From: Rhodospirillales bacterium
GTDB lineage: Bacteria > Pseudomonadota > Alphaproteobacteria > Rhodospirillales > JASLLZ01
Assembly (NCBI GenBank): GCA_030754885.1
Contig: JASLZL010000021.1
Span: 3,003 to 67,002, forward strand
Direction of reading: 5' to 3'
DNA: 64,000 nucleotides
Shown: positions 17,407 through 26,744 of the stretch, in pieces
How the letters are laid out: the number at the start of each line of letters is the position of its first letter
How positions within the stretch are numbered: position 1 is the first letter of the stretch
Program-made: the position numbers and the translations under genes
The notes under the pieces: generated by a model
Told to the model about the DNA's origin: nothing
Databases searched by the model: none
Seen by the model: only the letters and a program-made list of their open reading frames with translations

Positions 17407-18375
17407 ATGACGCACATTTTGGTCGCGGGACGCATTCACGACAAGGGCATGGAATTGCTGGAGGGCCGCGCCGATGCCACGGTCGAGGTGCTGGAGGCGC
17501 CCGACCAGGCGGCGGTGCTGTCACGTATCGCCGAGGCCGACGCCGTCCTTGTGCGCTCCGGCCTTACGGCCGAGGCGGCGACGGCCGGCGAGCGCCTGCG
17601 CGTCGTCTCGGTGCACGGCGTCGGCTATGACGACGTTGCCGTCGCCGATTTGAGTAAACGTGGCGTGCCGGTGGCGGTGATCGGCGGTGTCAACGCAACC
17701 ACGGTCGCCGAGCACGCGATGTTCGTGATGCTGGCCCTGGCCAAGCAATGCTTCGCCCATGACCGCGCCGTGCGCGAAGGACGCTGGGCGGTGCGTTCCA
17801 GCTTTGCCGCCCGCGATGTCTTGCAAAAAACCCTGCTCATCGTCGGCATGGGGCGTATCGGACGCGAGGTGGCGAAACGGGCCGCCCCCTTCGGCATGGA
17901 GGTTCTTGCCTACGATCCCTACGTCGACGCCCCCGCCATGGGCGCCGATGGTGCTGCCAAGGCGGAAGACCTGCAGGCGGCTCTTGGGCGCGCCGACGTC
18001 GTCACGCTTCACGTGCCCAGTACCGATGAGACCGAGAATATGATCGGCGCCGCCGAGCTGGCTGCCATGCGGCCCGACGCCCTTCTCATCAACACGGCGC
18101 GGGGCGAGGTGGTCGACCACGCGGCGCTTTGCGACGCGCTCAAATCAGGCGCCATCGCCGGCGCCGGCATTGACGTCTTCGCCGGCGAACCGCCGCCCGC
18201 CGACGATCCGCTCTTTGGGTTCGACAACGTGATCCTCAGCCCCCACACGGCCGGCCTAACGGAAGAATGCGGGGCACGCATGGGGATCGCCACCGCCGAA
18301 AACGCACTCGCCGGTCTCGACGGCCGCCTCGATCCAGACCTCGTGGTCAATGCTGAGGTGTTGGGGAAGGGTTGA
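17407..18375 (+). CDS. D-isomer-specific 2-hydroxyacid dehydrogenase (SerA-like catalytic domains)
   Basis: GVGYDD, VAEHA, GMGRIG, INTARG, DVF..EP, SPHTAG. Confidence 0.9.
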   Translation: MTHILVAGRIHDKGMELLEGRADATVEVLEAPDQAAVLSRIAEADAVLVRSGLTAEAATAGERLRVVSVHGVGYDDVAVADLSKRGVPVAVIGGVNATTVAEHAMFVMLALAKQCFAHDRAVREGRWAVRSSFAARDVLQKTLLIVGMGRIGREVAKRAAPFGMEVLAYDPYVDAPAMGADGAAKAEDLQAALGRADVVTLHVPSTDETENMIGAAELAAMRPDALLINTARGEVVDHAALCDALKSGAIAGAGIDVFAGEPPPADDPLFGFDNVILSPHTAGLTEECGARMGIATAENALAGLDGRLDPDLVVNAEVLGKG

Positions 18376-18382
18376 ACCCGCC

Positions 18383-19609
18383 TCAGGCGATACAGCCCAA
18401 CCCTTTTTCCTTTATAAAGTCGGCCTTCAGGCCCCACCATTCGCGGGCCGCCGTGGCGTAGAGGCTGCGGAAATGGAGCCTGTGCTTCAGGTTGCGCGCG
18501 ACCAGATCGTCGAGGGGCGGCTGTTCGCCGTAGAAGCCGCCCCGCACCCGCCCGCCCATCAGGAAATGGGGCGCGGACGTGCCGTGATCGGTGCCGTCGC
18601 TGTCGTTCTCCTTGGGGCGGCGTCCGAATTCCGAGTACGTCATCACAAGCACCCTGTCCCAGTGCCCCTTGGCTTTGACAGTCTGGACGAAGGCGGCTAG
18701 GCCGTTGGCGAGTGAGGCCAGGAGTTCCGGGTGGTCGACCGACTGGCCGGCGTGGGTGTCGAAGCCCTTGATCGCCGTCTTGATGACCGGCACCGGGGAC
18801 GAGCTGACTATCAGGCGGGAGGCGATTTCCATTTGCTGACCGAAGGCATCTTCGGGAAATTCGGTGCCCAGTTCGACGTCCTCAAGGTGTTTTTCAAGGA
18901 TCACCCGGGCGGCGTGACGGGCATCGGTCTGCACCCCCGTCAGGTGGGCCAGGGCGGGGTTCTCCTCGGCCATGGGAAGTTTCCGCATGCGCTTCGCCAC
19001 CTTCAACAGATTGGGATTGTTGAGGACGGCCGTGCGTATGTTCTTGCCCTTGACCGGGCCGATGGCGTTGCGCCCCAACACAACTGCGTCGGCGGCGAAC
19101 TCGGCCGGCGGGCGGGCCTCGGCAAAGAGCCTGGATATCCACCCCTCGGAAAGGAATTCGTTGGATCCGGACGCGGTGTCCCAAATGTCGATGGAACGGA
19201 AGTGCGAGAAGTTGGGTCCGGGATAACCAACGCCGAGCGCCACTGCCATCTGGCAGCTTTTCCACAGCGGCAGCAGGGGCTCCAAAAGCGAATTGAAGCC
19301 CAGGCGTTCATCCAACTGGATGACGTTCTCGCGTGCCAGGGCCTTGGTTGGGCGCAGATCGTGGTAGTTGGCGTCGGAGTAGGGGACGACGGTATTGAGG
19401 CCGTCGTTGCCGCCGGCCAGCTCGACCAGTACTAGGACCTTGTTCCAACGCTCGGTGTCCTCGAATGTGGGGGCTTGGCAGGCCGGTACGATGGGAACGT
19501 CGGAAAAGCGCATGGCCTCGGTCGAGCGGCAGGCGGCGGGGAGCATCAACAAAGGCAGGCCGGCGGCGCGGCGGAGAAACTGTCGGCGGTTCACGGGGCT
19601 CCCCTTCAC
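18383..19609 (-). CDS. DUF1501-family Tat-exported (lipo)protein
   Basis: NRRQFL Tat motif, LPAAC lipobox, ELAGGNDGLN, PNFSHFRS, GFDTH, SEFGRR, GTDHG. Confidence 0.9.
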   Translation of the reverse strand: MKGSPVNRRQFLRRAAGLPLLMLPAACRSTEAMRFSDVPIVPACQAPTFEDTERWNKVLVLVELAGGNDGLNTVVPYSDANYHDLRPTKALARENVIQLDERLGFNSLLEPLLPLWKSCQMAVALGVGYPGPNFSHFRSIDIWDTASGSNEFLSEGWISRLFAEARPPAEFAADAVVLGRNAIGPVKGKNIRTAVLNNPNLLKVAKRMRKLPMAEENPALAHLTGVQTDARHAARVILEKHLEDVELGTEFPEDAFGQQMEIASRLIVSSSPVPVIKTAIKGFDTHAGQSVDHPELLASLANGLAAFVQTVKAKGHWDRVLVMTYSEFGRRPKENDSDGTDHGTSAPHFLMGGRVRGGFYGEQPPLDDLVARNLKHRLHFRSLYATAAREWWGLKADFIKEKGLGCIA

Positions 19610-20949
19610 TTCAGTTGGAACGACGGGTCAAGCAGCAAGAGCGCCAGTCGTTGGCGGGAACGCGCCGTCTCCTCGGGCGGCGTCACCGGCGCGACGGCCA
19701 GCAACAATTCCATCAGGTCCTCGTCGCCGCCGTCGGGCATCGCCACATTCATCGTGCCGCCGCGCGCGACGCGGTTGAGGAACTGGTGGCGCAGCGGCAA
19801 GGTATTGGTGGTGACCCAGGCCTCGCCGCCCGGCCAGCCCTTGACGTTGGGCGGTTGGAACAGGTCCTGGCCCAGCCGACGCTGAAAGGATGTCACGTTG
19901 CGGGGTTCAAGGCCGGGGTTTCCCAGTACGCGCAGGGTGCCGACCACCAGATCGACCGGCGACTTGATCATGGTGCCCGGGTTGTCGGCGGCGCGGAACT
20001 GGGGCGTTGTCAGCAGGCCTTTCATCAACGGGCGAAGTTCGTAGCCCGAATTGCGGAAGGCGGCGGCCAGGCGGCTTACCTGTCCCGGTTCGGGCTCGGC
20101 TGAGACGAACTCGCGCCACAGCTTTTCGGTAATGAACTCGGCGACGCGTGGTTCTTCGAGCAAGATATCGATGACATCGTCACCGCTGAACCGGCCCTGG
20201 CGCCCAAGGAAGGATTTGGTCCCGTCGTCGTGACGTTTGGGGTCAAAGACGAAGGTGCCCTTGGCGGGATTGATGGACCAGCCGGTAAAAGCCCGCGCCG
20301 CCTCGACAATGTCGTCTTCGGAGTAGCCCCGGCCCTCGCCCAAGGTGAAGAGCTCCATGATCTCACGGGCGAAGTTCTCATTCGGGCGGCCTTTGCGGTT
20401 GGTCCGTCCGTCCAGATAGATGAGCATGGCCGGCCCCTTGGCCATGCCGCGCAGCAGTGTGGCGAAGTTGCCCAGTGCGTGATGCCGAAAAAGGGCGTTC
20501 TGGCCGTACATATACCCGGCCCATTTGACCTTCTTGACCTCGGAAACGAAGTGGTTGTGCCAGAACACGACGAGGTGCTCGGTCAGGGGTGACGGGGTGG
20601 CCAACATCTCGCCCGCCCACCATTGCTTGAGCGGCTGCCACCGGGTGCGTGTGGCCTTGTTGAATTCCACACGTTGGGCCGCCGTCATCGCTTTCATTTC
20701 CTTGGAAGTCGGCGGCAACTCATCAATCCAGGGCGGCGGCGACGTTGCCGGTTGGGTGCGCACGCCGCCGAGTACGCGATCCACCGCCGCCTCGTAGTCG
20801 AGCTGTTGCAGGGCTGCAACTTCGGCGGCCCTGGCGATGCCGAATCCGGTGCGGGCCAAAAGGTGCCTGGCTTCTTCGAAGGGCACGGCGCCGGCCGGCA
20901 AGGCAAAAATCAGCGCGGCGAGGAATGAAACGACGCGGGTCTTACTCAT
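19606..20949 (-). CDS. DUF1800-family exported protein (copy 2)
   Basis: Signal peptide, ARHLLARTGFG, FWHNHF, PNENFAREIMELFTLG, PPNVKGW; overlaps the DUF1501 start. Confidence 0.9.
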   Translation of the reverse strand: MSKTRVVSFLAALIFALPAGAVPFEEARHLLARTGFGIARAAEVAALQQLDYEAAVDRVLGGVRTQPATSPPPWIDELPPTSKEMKAMTAAQRVEFNKATRTRWQPLKQWWAGEMLATPSPLTEHLVVFWHNHFVSEVKKVKWAGYMYGQNALFRHHALGNFATLLRGMAKGPAMLIYLDGRTNRKGRPNENFAREIMELFTLGEGRGYSEDDIVEAARAFTGWSINPAKGTFVFDPKRHDDGTKSFLGRQGRFSGDDVIDILLEEPRVAEFITEKLWREFVSAEPEPGQVSRLAAAFRNSGYELRPLMKGLLTTPQFRAADNPGTMIKSPVDLVVGTLRVLGNPGLEPRNVTSFQRRLGQDLFQPPNVKGWPGGEAWVTTNTLPLRHQFLNRVARGGTMNVAMPDGGDEDLMELLLAVAPVTPPEETARSRQRLALLLLDPSFQLK

Positions 20950-21039
20950 GGCCCCTCCGTGGTGAGGCGCGATCGAATGACCGGAACCCCTTTTCTGGCG
21001 AACCGGAGTTATTAAATATAATGTAGTGGACCGTGTCTA

Positions 21040-22092
21040 ATGGAAGGATACCCCATGACCGTTTCCAGCACGCGAGCCCGGAATCTTTGGTCGCGGGTCG
21101 CCATAGCGGTTTTGGCGTTTGGCGCCTTGGCGCCGGGCCTGGCGGCGGCGCAGGAAAAAGGACAAGAAGTCGAACTGTCCGACGTTCTTGGTGCCATGGT
21201 GATGGTGCGCTCCGAAGTCGCGGCCGACGCCCGCACGGCGGGAAGCCTGGGCACGCGACGCGTTGGCAGCGGCGTCGTCATCGATGCCGAAGGATTGGTG
21301 CTGACCATCGGTTGCCTCATCTTGGAGGCCGAGCGCACCGAGCTCGTCATCCCCAGCGGCGACGCGGTGGAGGCAACGGTCGTCGGTTACGATCACGAGA
21401 CCGGCTTCGGCCTTGTTCGCGCCGTTCGGCCGCTGGCGATCAAACCCATGCGCATGGGGAACTCGTCCGATCTGGCGGCCGGCAACCCGGTGGTGGCGGT
21501 AAGCATCGGTCCGCGTCCCATCACGCCCGGCATCGTCGTCGCCAGGCGCCCATATGCCGGCTATTGGGAATACCTGCTTGAAGACGCCATCCTGACCACG
21601 CCGCCCCATCCCCAGTTCGGTGGCGCCGCCCTGGTCGGTGTCGACGGCCGCCTGCTGGGCATCGGTTCGCTCTATATCAACGTTGCCGAGGAGGGCCAGG
21701 AACCTCTTCCCGGTAACATGTTTGTTCCCATCGATCGGCTCAAGCCGATCCTGGCCGATCTCATCGAGAGCGGCCGTTCGGTACAGCCGCAGCGCCCCTG
21801 GCTTGGGCTCAGCACCGCCGAGGCCGGCGGCCGCATCCTGGTGCGCCGGGTGTCCCCCGGTGGCCCTGCCGAGAAGGTCGGGCTCAAGGCCGGCGACGTC
21901 ATCGTCGGCGTCGGCGGAAAACGGGTCGACGGCCTGGCCGATTTCCTGCGCAAGGTGTGGGGTCAGGGCGGTCCCGGCGCGGCCATTCCCCTCGACGTGC
22001 TGCACCTGGATACCGGCGATTTGGCCATCAAACGCTACGACGTGCCGTCGATCAGCCGCTACGACTGGCTGAAATTGAAGCGCGATCTATAA
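21040..22092 (+). CDS. S1C (HtrA-like) trypsin+PDZ protein with degenerate catalytic residues
   Basis: GSGVVID..GLVLT, VVGYD, C-terminal PDZ (PAEKVGLKAGDVI); TNxH is replaced by TIGC and GNSGG by PQFGG. Confidence 0.8.
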   Translation: MEGYPMTVSSTRARNLWSRVAIAVLAFGALAPGLAAAQEKGQEVELSDVLGAMVMVRSEVAADARTAGSLGTRRVGSGVVIDAEGLVLTIGCLILEAERTELVIPSGDAVEATVVGYDHETGFGLVRAVRPLAIKPMRMGNSSDLAAGNPVVAVSIGPRPITPGIVVARRPYAGYWEYLLEDAILTTPPHPQFGGAALVGVDGRLLGIGSLYINVAEEGQEPLPGNMFVPIDRLKPILADLIESGRSVQPQRPWLGLSTAEAGGRILVRRVSPGGPAEKVGLKAGDVIVGVGGKRVDGLADFLRKVWGQGGPGAAIPLDVLHLDTGDLAIKRYDVPSISRYDWLKLKRDL

Positions 22093-22095
22093 CCC

Positions 22096-23871
22096 TCAAT
22101 CGCCGCGTTCCTCGCGCCGGCTTTCGACCAGGGCCCGGTTGTAGGCGTTCATGACGTCCCGTTCGTGGACACAGCCCAAGTAGACCAAGGTGTCGGCGTC
22201 CTCGACCACGGCGATGTGGGGCTCGCCGGTGCTGCGGAACAGTTTGAGCGCCGTCTCAAGGTCGTCGCCGGCGGTCAAGGTCAAAGGCGTCAACCGAGCC
22301 ACGTCACCGGCGTTGATCAAGGTGTCCACGGCGTGGTCGAAGGCCGCCTCACTAAGATCGGCCAGGGTAATGGTGCCGAACAAGTGGCCGCCTTCGTCGA
22401 CGACGAAAAGCTGGCCCACCGCACTGGCTTGCAACTTGGCGCGTACGGTGGGCAGGTCCGTCTCCGGACGGACCACGCCGCTGTCGCGGGCCATTACCTG
22501 GCTGACGTCGCGGGCCCGCAACAGAGCCGATTCGAATCCTTCCTTGAGATCGTAGCCGCGCCGCTCCAACTGCTTGGCGAAAAACGACTGGCCATAGAAA
22601 TTCTGTGTGATCACCGAGGCTACTACCACCGCCACCATGACAGCCATGGTCAGCGCGTAGTCGCCGGTCATCTCGAAAATGATCAAGGTTGTCGATATGG
22701 GTGCCCCCAGCACCGCCGCCGCCACCGCCCCCATTCCGACGATGGTGTAGGCACCGGGTCCGGACGAATATTCCGGCAGCAACGCGGTGACGGCAAACCC
22801 GTAGGCGCCGCCGAGCATGGCGCCGATGACCAGAGACGGGCTGAACACACCGCCGCCGAAGCGAAACCCCAGGCACACCGCCGTTGCCGCGACCTTGGCG
22901 AACAACAGCGCCACCAAAAGCCAGAACGGAAACACCACCTTGAGGGCCGCCTCGGTGGCGCCGTAGCCCACTCCCAGCACCTGGGGGAATGCAATGGCAA
23001 GCGCGCCCACCGCCAGGCCCGCTGCCGCCGGGCGCAGCCAGATCGGCAGGCCCGACCTTTCGGCCACGGTCGCCGCCAGACCGACGCTGCGCATGAAGGC
23101 GATGGCCGTGATCGCCGACGCCACTCCGAGACCAAGAAACGCGGCATATTCCCAGACCGAAGTAATTCCCGAATGAACGAGTGTGAAGGCCGGGAAATCA
23201 CCGAAATAGACCCGCGAGATAACCGTGCCGGTGACGCTGGCGATGACGATGGGGGCGAAAGCGCGGAGCGCGTAGTGCCCGACGACCACTTCGGTGGCGA
23301 ACAGCGCCCCGGCGATGGGGGCGTTGAACGATGCCGCCACCGCGGCAGCGACGCCGCATCCAAGAAGGGTGCGTGAATTGGACCGGGTTAATTCGAGCCG
23401 GCCGGCCAGCCAGCCGCCGAAGGTGGCGCCCAGGTGCACTGCCGGCCCTTCGCGCCCGGCAGAGGCGCCAACGCCAAGCGAGACCGCGCTGATCAGGGCC
23501 GCCACCAAACCGGTTTTGGCCGACATACGTCCGCCGCGGAGCGCCGCCGCCTCAATCACGTCGGCCACCGCCTGGGGGCGCTGGCTGGGCATGAAGTGGC
23601 GCACCAGCAAGCCGACGATCAGCCCACCCGCGGCCGGCGCCAACAGGACCCGCCACCACGGCAGGTCTTGGACGTACAGGTACAAACGCTCGCTGCCGGT
23701 GGTGAAGAAGACTGTTTGAACCAGGCCGATGGCCTCGCGGAATCCAATGATTGCTCCGCCCGCGGCGGCACCGACGACGAACCCCAGGATCGACAAGGTA
23801 AGCTGGTCGTTTCGAATGATACGCCGAAGCCGCACATAGAGGCGGCCCAATCTGAACCGTCGTCGGGTCAT
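22096..23871 (-). CDS. ClC chloride channel/antiporter with CBS domains
   Basis: GREGP, GGVFSP, FNAPIAG, FEMTG; C-terminal CBS pair. Confidence 0.92.
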   Translation of the reverse strand: MTRRRFRLGRLYVRLRRIIRNDQLTLSILGFVVGAAAGGAIIGFREAIGLVQTVFFTTGSERLYLYVQDLPWWRVLLAPAAGGLIVGLLVRHFMPSQRPQAVADVIEAAALRGGRMSAKTGLVAALISAVSLGVGASAGREGPAVHLGATFGGWLAGRLELTRSNSRTLLGCGVAAAVAASFNAPIAGALFATEVVVGHYALRAFAPIVIASVTGTVISRVYFGDFPAFTLVHSGITSVWEYAAFLGLGVASAITAIAFMRSVGLAATVAERSGLPIWLRPAAAGLAVGALAIAFPQVLGVGYGATEAALKVVFPFWLLVALLFAKVAATAVCLGFRFGGGVFSPSLVIGAMLGGAYGFAVTALLPEYSSGPGAYTIVGMGAVAAAVLGAPISTTLIIFEMTGDYALTMAVMVAVVVASVITQNFYGQSFFAKQLERRGYDLKEGFESALLRARDVSQVMARDSGVVRPETDLPTVRAKLQASAVGQLFVVDEGGHLFGTITLADLSEAAFDHAVDTLINAGDVARLTPLTLTAGDDLETALKLFRSTGEPHIAVVEDADTLVYLGCVHERDVMNAYNRALVESRREERGD

Positions 23872-23925
23872 TGTCCCATATACTAGATTCTATCCACTAG
23901 AGCACTTCGATGCCCCGCGAGCGCA

Positions 23926-24981
23926 CTACGATTTGTCGGCCATGTTGGCTGTTATCTGGCGTTCCGTCAGCACGCGGTCGCGCCCGGCGTGCTTGGCGGC
24001 ATAAAGCGCCGCATCGGCGCGGGCAATAAAATCGGACAGGTCCTCTCCGAGCAGATAGCACCCGACACCGATGGAGACGGTGACGCGGCCCATAATTTCG
24101 CCCGTTGACCTGTTCTTGAGTTCCTTCTCTTTGGTTCGCCTACGAATGGTCTCGGCGACCTTGACGGCGTTCTGCAAGCTGGTTTCGGGTAAGATGACGG
24201 CGAATTCCTCGCCCCCATAGCGCGATGCGGTGTCGCGGCCCTTGATGGTGTCGGTGAGCATGTTAGCCAACAATTTCAAAATCAGGTCGCCGATGAGATG
24301 ACCATAGGTGTCGTTAAAATTCTTAAACTTGTCGATGTCGATCATGAGGAGGCATAGGTTCTCGCTGCTCTCCTCGGCCAAGACTGCTTCCTCGCGAAGG
24401 GATATGTCGAAAAACCGCCGGTTGAAAATGCCGGTCATGGCGTCGGTGATGGCCTCGCGCCGTACGTCCTCCAGATCCTCACGTAGGCGGGAAATCTCGG
24501 ACGACGACGACTCAAGCTGCTGTTCCAGATCGTGATTTTGGCGCTCCATGGCGCGGGTCGCCGTCGCGATGTCGGAAAGGACGGCACCGAACGCTTCGCT
24601 CTCCTCGGCCCCCGCGAGTTGTTCCGAGAACGTGTCCAAGGTGCGCCCGTATTGGGCCGCGTCGTCGCCGGCGGTCCCCAACCGTTTAAGGATTTCGTTC
24701 AGTTCTTGTTTGATCTCGGTGGCGGTGTTGTGGACGACGGTGTTTTGGCCTTCGCCCAAAATGAATTCCCGGTGGATTTCGGCGCTGCGTTCCATACTGA
24801 TCGCTTCGTCGCCTTTGAGCAGCGTGTCCAGGGACCGATTCATTTTCGGGTCCCGGCCCGCGAAGTATAGGTACCATATGGCGAAGTTATCGGGGGTCGC
24901 GGCGATCCCCCTCTCCTCCATGAGGTTGAACGCCGAGCGGGCGAATTCCGCCGCCTGTTCCAAGGTGTCCGAGTGGTCCAC
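23926..24981 (-). CDS. Diguanylate cyclase (coiled coil + GGEEF, DgcB-like)
   Basis: TDAMTGIFNRR, DIDKFKNFNDTYGH, RYGGEEF, ADAALYAAK. Confidence 0.92.
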   Translation of the reverse strand: MDHSDTLEQAAEFARSAFNLMEERGIAATPDNFAIWYLYFAGRDPKMNRSLDTLLKGDEAISMERSAEIHREFILGEGQNTVVHNTATEIKQELNEILKRLGTAGDDAAQYGRTLDTFSEQLAGAEESEAFGAVLSDIATATRAMERQNHDLEQQLESSSSEISRLREDLEDVRREAITDAMTGIFNRRFFDISLREEAVLAEESSENLCLLMIDIDKFKNFNDTYGHLIGDLILKLLANMLTDTIKGRDTASRYGGEEFAVILPETSLQNAVKVAETIRRRTKEKELKNRSTGEIMGRVTVSIGVGCYLLGEDLSDFIARADAALYAAKHAGRDRVLTERQITANMADKS

Positions 24982-25224
24982 GTCCGCCTCATCACGACTT
25001 ACCGGACGGCACGTCCCGTCCGACTTGGAACGTCATTTCAATCATCCACGGCGCCCGTCGTCAACCGGAACGTTTGTTCGACAACCCGAGGCATTCCGTC
25101 TGGACCGCTTGACGTCGGCCAAGACCGGATCGCGGGGTCTTTGCGGCGGAAAGGGATTTGCCGCGTCGGTCCGCCCGTGCCATAACCGGCCTTCCAGGCA
25201 CCGGATATCCCGTATTCGAGAACC

Positions 25225-26046
25225 ATGGCCGCGCCGCAGACCAAGAACGCCGCCCCATCCCCGTCACCGGGTTCGCCGGTGCTCTCAGTCGTCGTGCCGG
25301 TCCTGGACGAGGCCGAGAACCTGCGTCCCCTGATCGAGGAGATCGCCGCCGCCCTCGACGAAGGCCCCGACTATGAGATCGTCTACGTGGACGACGGCAG
25401 CGGCGATGGAACCCCGGATCGCCTCGCCGATCTCGCCGCCGAGCTTCCACGCCTGCGTTGGGTGCGCCACCGCACCCGATGCGGCCAAAGCGCGGCTATC
25501 TGGAGCGGCGTTGAGGCGGCGCGGGCATCACTCATCGCCACCCTCGACGGCGACGGACAGAACGACCCCGCCGACATCCCCAAGTTGCTCGCCCGCTTTG
25601 ACGCCGAGGGTGGGGACAATGATGGCCCGATGATCGTCGGTGAGCGTGCTAAGCGGCGGGACACACGCCTGAAACGGATATCGTCGCGGATTGCCAATGG
25701 CGTGCGCGCCGGCCTCTTGGCTGACCAGACCCCGGACACCGGCTGTGGCCTGAAGGTGTTTCCGCGCGCCGCTTTTCTTGCCATGCCGCGCTTCGACCAT
25801 ATGCACCGCTTCCTGCCCGCCCTGATGATGCGTAGCGGTGGAAGGGTCGTTTCCGTTGTGGTCGGCCACCGGCCCCGCGGCACCGGCACGTCGAAGTACG
25901 GTGTCCTGGATCGTTTGTGGATCGGTATCGTCGATCTCCTTGGCGTGATGTGGCTTCAGCGCCGCCCCATGACCCCCGATATCGTGGACGACGGGAAGGA
26001 CAAGACATCAAGACCTGCCCAAGGCCCAAGGAGCCACGCACCATGA
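25225..26046 (+). CDS. GT2 polyprenol-phosphate glycosyltransferase (ArnC/DPM-like)
   Basis: SVVVPVLDE, VDDGSGD, TLDGDGQNDP, DTGCGLK, HRFLP. Confidence 0.9.
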   Translation: MAAPQTKNAAPSPSPGSPVLSVVVPVLDEAENLRPLIEEIAAALDEGPDYEIVYVDDGSGDGTPDRLADLAAELPRLRWVRHRTRCGQSAAIWSGVEAARASLIATLDGDGQNDPADIPKLLARFDAEGGDNDGPMIVGERAKRRDTRLKRISSRIANGVRAGLLADQTPDTGCGLKVFPRAAFLAMPRFDHMHRFLPALMMRSGGRVVSVVVGHRPRGTGTSKYGVLDRLWIGIVDLLGVMWLQRRPMTPDIVDDGKDKTSRPAQGPRSHAP

Positions 26047-26744
26047 ATCCGCGCATCTTGTTGCGTGGCTTGATCTTGATCGCCGTACTGGCAGCCATCG
26101 CCTGGGCCTTCGAAAAGACGGGGCTGAGCACCGCCCTCGATACGACCTGGATCGATAAGGAGGTGCGCGGCAAGGGCGTACTGGGCGAGGTCCTCTTCTT
26201 CGCCGTGGCGGCGCTGTTCTTGTCGGTTGGCCTGCCGCGACAAGTGGTTAGCTTCCTTGGCGGCTATGCCTTCGGTTTTCTTGTCGGGACGTTGCTGGCG
26301 CTGGCGGCCACGGCATTGGGGTGCGTCATTGCCTTTGGCTACGCGCGCTTGCTTGGCCGCGCCATGGTGCGCAAACGGTTTTCAGCGCGCATCCAACGGA
26401 TCGACGCTTTTCTGCACGAAAACCCCTTTTCCATGAGTCTTCTCATTCGCCTGCTCCCCGCCGGCAGCAACTTGCTCACCAATCTGGCGGCTGGCGTCTC
26501 CAGCGTTTCGGCAGCGCCCTTTATCGCCGGCTCGACCCTCGGATTCATACCGCAGACCATGATCTTCGCCCTCGCCGGCAGCGGAGTCAGCCTCGACCCC
26601 ACCTTGCGCATCGGCCTTGCCATGGCGCTTTTTGTCGTCGCCGGAGCGATCGGCCTCTCTCTCTACCGCAAGCATCGCCACGGCAAGGTTTTGGATGAAT
26701 CCGTCGACCGCGCCATCGGGGCGTCGGAAACGGATCTCCGTTGA
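26043..26744 (+). CDS. DedA/TVP38 (VTT domain) membrane protein
   Basis: GLPRQ..F.GGYAFG, RLLP, F.AG...G.IP; overlaps both neighbours. Confidence 0.85.
   Translation: MNPRILLRGLILIAVLAAIAWAFEKTGLSTALDTTWIDKEVRGKGVLGEVLFFAVAALFLSVGLPRQVVSFLGGYAFGFLVGTLLALAATALGCVIAFGYARLLGRAMVRKRFSARIQRIDAFLHENPFSMSLLIRLLPAGSNLLTNLAAGVSSVSAAPFIAGSTLGFIPQTMIFALAGSGVSLDPTLRIGLAMALFVVAGAIGLSLYRKHRHGKVLDESVDRAIGASETDLR

Noticed and set aside
24200-24245. Degenerate I-site (KGRD instead of RxxD) in the diguanylate cyclase
   Set aside because: A common variation among GGDEF proteins; not notable on its own.
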